Shown here piece after piece: positions 62,801 to 64,000 of a DNA stretch of 64,000 nucleotides. Positions within the stretch are counted from its first letter, which is position 1. Every line of letters begins with the position of its first letter. This DNA comes from Acidobacteriota bacterium (lineage in GTDB: Bacteria; Acidobacteriota; UBA6911; RPQK01; CBDAPI01): contig CBDBHK010000020.1 of NCBI GenBank assembly GCA_965205615.1, positions 86,224-150,223 of the forward strand, given 5' to 3'. The notes below the pieces were generated by a model. That model had not been told where the DNA came from and did not search any database. It saw nothing but the letters and a program-made list of their open reading frames with translations. The translations under genes and the position numbers were made by a program.

Positions 62801-62903
62801 GCACGGTGGCATGGGCTCCGGAGGGGCCCACCGTGAAGACGTCGGCGAGCAACGGCGTGAGACTAAACTGCAGAGCAAAGCAGAAGCAGAGGATTCGGGA
62901 CAT
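59851..62903 (-). CDS. secreted right-handed parallel beta-helix protein with two C-terminal repeat modules, paralog B (~1010 aa), with a single frameshift near 61110..61130
   Basis: ORF 61110..62903 has a signal peptide MSRILCFCFALQFSLTPLLA, beta-helix repeats, and ends at …DPFFVDAENGDYHLMPGSPAVD… then QVGNGQAGTIVLSTEID…. ORF 59851..61068 continues after a G-run. Paralog A is continuous at this point (TSGTGAIEAGYARIRGG…GIFTRR). Confidence 0.7.
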
Positions 62904-63003
62904 GGCTCAACTCCAGGTTGGCAGAACGTGCAATCGACTCGATTGATTCTGGCAGATTCACGGGTTGCAACGCCACCGGTAACTGGCATCCAGAACCCGG
63001 AAA

Positions 63004-63603
63004 TCAGTGAATCATGCTCTGTCCGGGCGGAGGCATGTCGACCGGAATGACGTTGCGGTTGATGTGGTCGTCGAGATTGATCACGTAGGTGTCCGGAGAG
63101 TCGAGCAGCACGGGCGAATGGGTGGCCGCCACAATCCTGAATCTCTTCTGATCAACCAGCTCCATGAGCATTTTCAAGATGCGGCGCTGGTTGGAAACGG
63201 ACAGCGCCATCTCCGGCTCATCCAGAAGCAGTACGGTTCCATCGGGCAGACTGGGAAAAGACTGCTGAAAAAGGCTCAGCATGATCTGACCGTGGCTGGC
63301 CATTTCCAGAAACTCCCGCATCTCGGGATCGTCTCCGAAGAACTCGACCTGCTTGCGCGGGTTGTGCTGCTCGGCATCAAAAAGGAAGACCCGGCCCAGC
63401 TCGTCCGGTTCCTTCAAGACCCGGTAAGAGAAGTTCTCGACCTCTTCACCATTGAACGCATAGTAAAGGGAGTGCAGAAGCGTGGACTTCCCGGAACCGT
63501 TTTCACCTGCCAGCATGATGAGCGGGTGGGAGAGATCGATCACCATGGGCATGTGGAAATTCAGATTCATGAAAACGGGATGCGCCAGTATTTTGAGGAC
63601 CAT
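63004..63603 (-). CDS. small AAA-family (ABC/RecF-like) ATPase, 199 aa
   Basis: Walker A LAGENGSGKST, Walker B LLLDEPEMALS, and an H-loop-like ATHSP. It has no adjacent nuclease or partner domain. Confidence 0.65.
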   Translation of the reverse strand: MVLKILAHPVFMNLNFHMPMVIDLSHPLIMLAGENGSGKSTLLHSLYYAFNGEEVENFSYRVLKEPDELGRVFLFDAEQHNPRKQVEFFGDDPEMREFLEMASHGQIMLSLFQQSFPSLPDGTVLLLDEPEMALSVSNQRRILKMLMELVDQKRFRIVAATHSPVLLDSPDTYVINLDDHINRNVIPVDMPPPGQSMIH

Positions 63604-63669
63604 CGTGTCTCCGGGACGCCTGAACCTGACATTGTCCCGCTTCGACCTCCAACCTGCAACCTGGAAGCT

Positions 63670-64000
63670 TCAACCTTCAGCGGACCCGTTCATGATCTCG
63701 GCCAGATGTTTGAAACCGGGGAGATGCCTCTGGCCCTCCCGCCGGTTGAAATTCACCTGCACCATGGCCCCGTCGGCACCCACCTGGCGACAGGCCTCGA
63801 TCAGCGGACGAACCCGCTGAGCCCGCGTCACACACTGGCTGGGATCCACGATGACCGGGAGATGGATCCTGTGTTTGAGGGCCATGATCGCTCCCAGATC
63901 GAGTGTGGTCCGGGAGGCGCTTTCGAAGGTTCGGATGCCGCGCTCGCAGAGCACTACATCCTGGTTTCCCTCCTCCAGGATCGTCTCCGCTGAAGCCAGG
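63670..64000 (-). CDS. 3-deoxy-7-phosphoheptulonate (DAHP) synthase, type I-beta (AroA(G)/KdsA-fold), C-terminal part; 5' end lies outside the window
   Basis: …ILEEGNQDVVLCERGIRTFE… LPVIVDPSQ… GADGAMVQV. The frame is open to the window edge. The ORF-track M at 63954 is an internal GTG. Confidence 0.75.
   Translation of the reverse strand, partial: LASAETILEEGNQDVVLCERGIRTFESASRTTLDLGAIMALKHRIHLPVIVDPSQCVTRAQRVRPLIEACRQVGADGAMVQVNFNRREGQRHLPGFKHLAEIMNGSAEG

Noticed and set aside
63482-63820. Plus-strand ORFs overlapping the ATPase and DAHP synthase genes
   Set aside because: They are antisense to two genes with clear family motifs.

Overview
High-GC (~60%+) bacterial chromosomal segment with two parts. 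Roughly 0-36 kb is mostly ordinary housekeeping and metabolic genes: an enoyl-CoA hydratase fragment, a PaaK-like ligase, UbiX, an ArnT-like glycosyltransferase, tRNA-Thr, rpoD, efp, a TctCBA transporter, a GalE-like epimerase, a ~2000-aa alpha-2-macroglobulin, a site-2 protease and a tartrate/isopropylmalate dehydrogenase. The exception in that part is an IS1380-like element inserted between the ribosome-binding site and the start codon of an ftsH that also carries an in-frame amber codon. Roughly 36-63 kb is an accessory, mobile-element-saturated region bounded by two tRNA-Arg genes (CCG on + at 36.3 kb, TCT on - at 56.0 kb). It holds an IS256-family element, two RelBE-type toxin-antitoxin pairs, an IS3 element whose orfB is split by a 622-nt ORF-less group II intron, a second IS1380-like copy carrying a nested insertion of a different IS1380-like element, an IS630 element with a duplicated end fragment, a degraded nuclease-like gene, an unusual nucleoside-2-deoxyribosyltransferase/TIR-like-domain protein whose operon was split by IS insertion, and two tandem ~1000-aa secreted beta-helix paralogs with unrecognised C-terminal repeat modules, both frameshifted. 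No CRISPR array or rRNA was found. The most defensible novel observations are the group II intron inside the IS3 transposase, the ftsH inactivation geometry, an IS-terminus remnant that supplies the start codon of an amidohydrolase, and the IS-disrupted two-gene locus with a nucleotide-processing-like domain.
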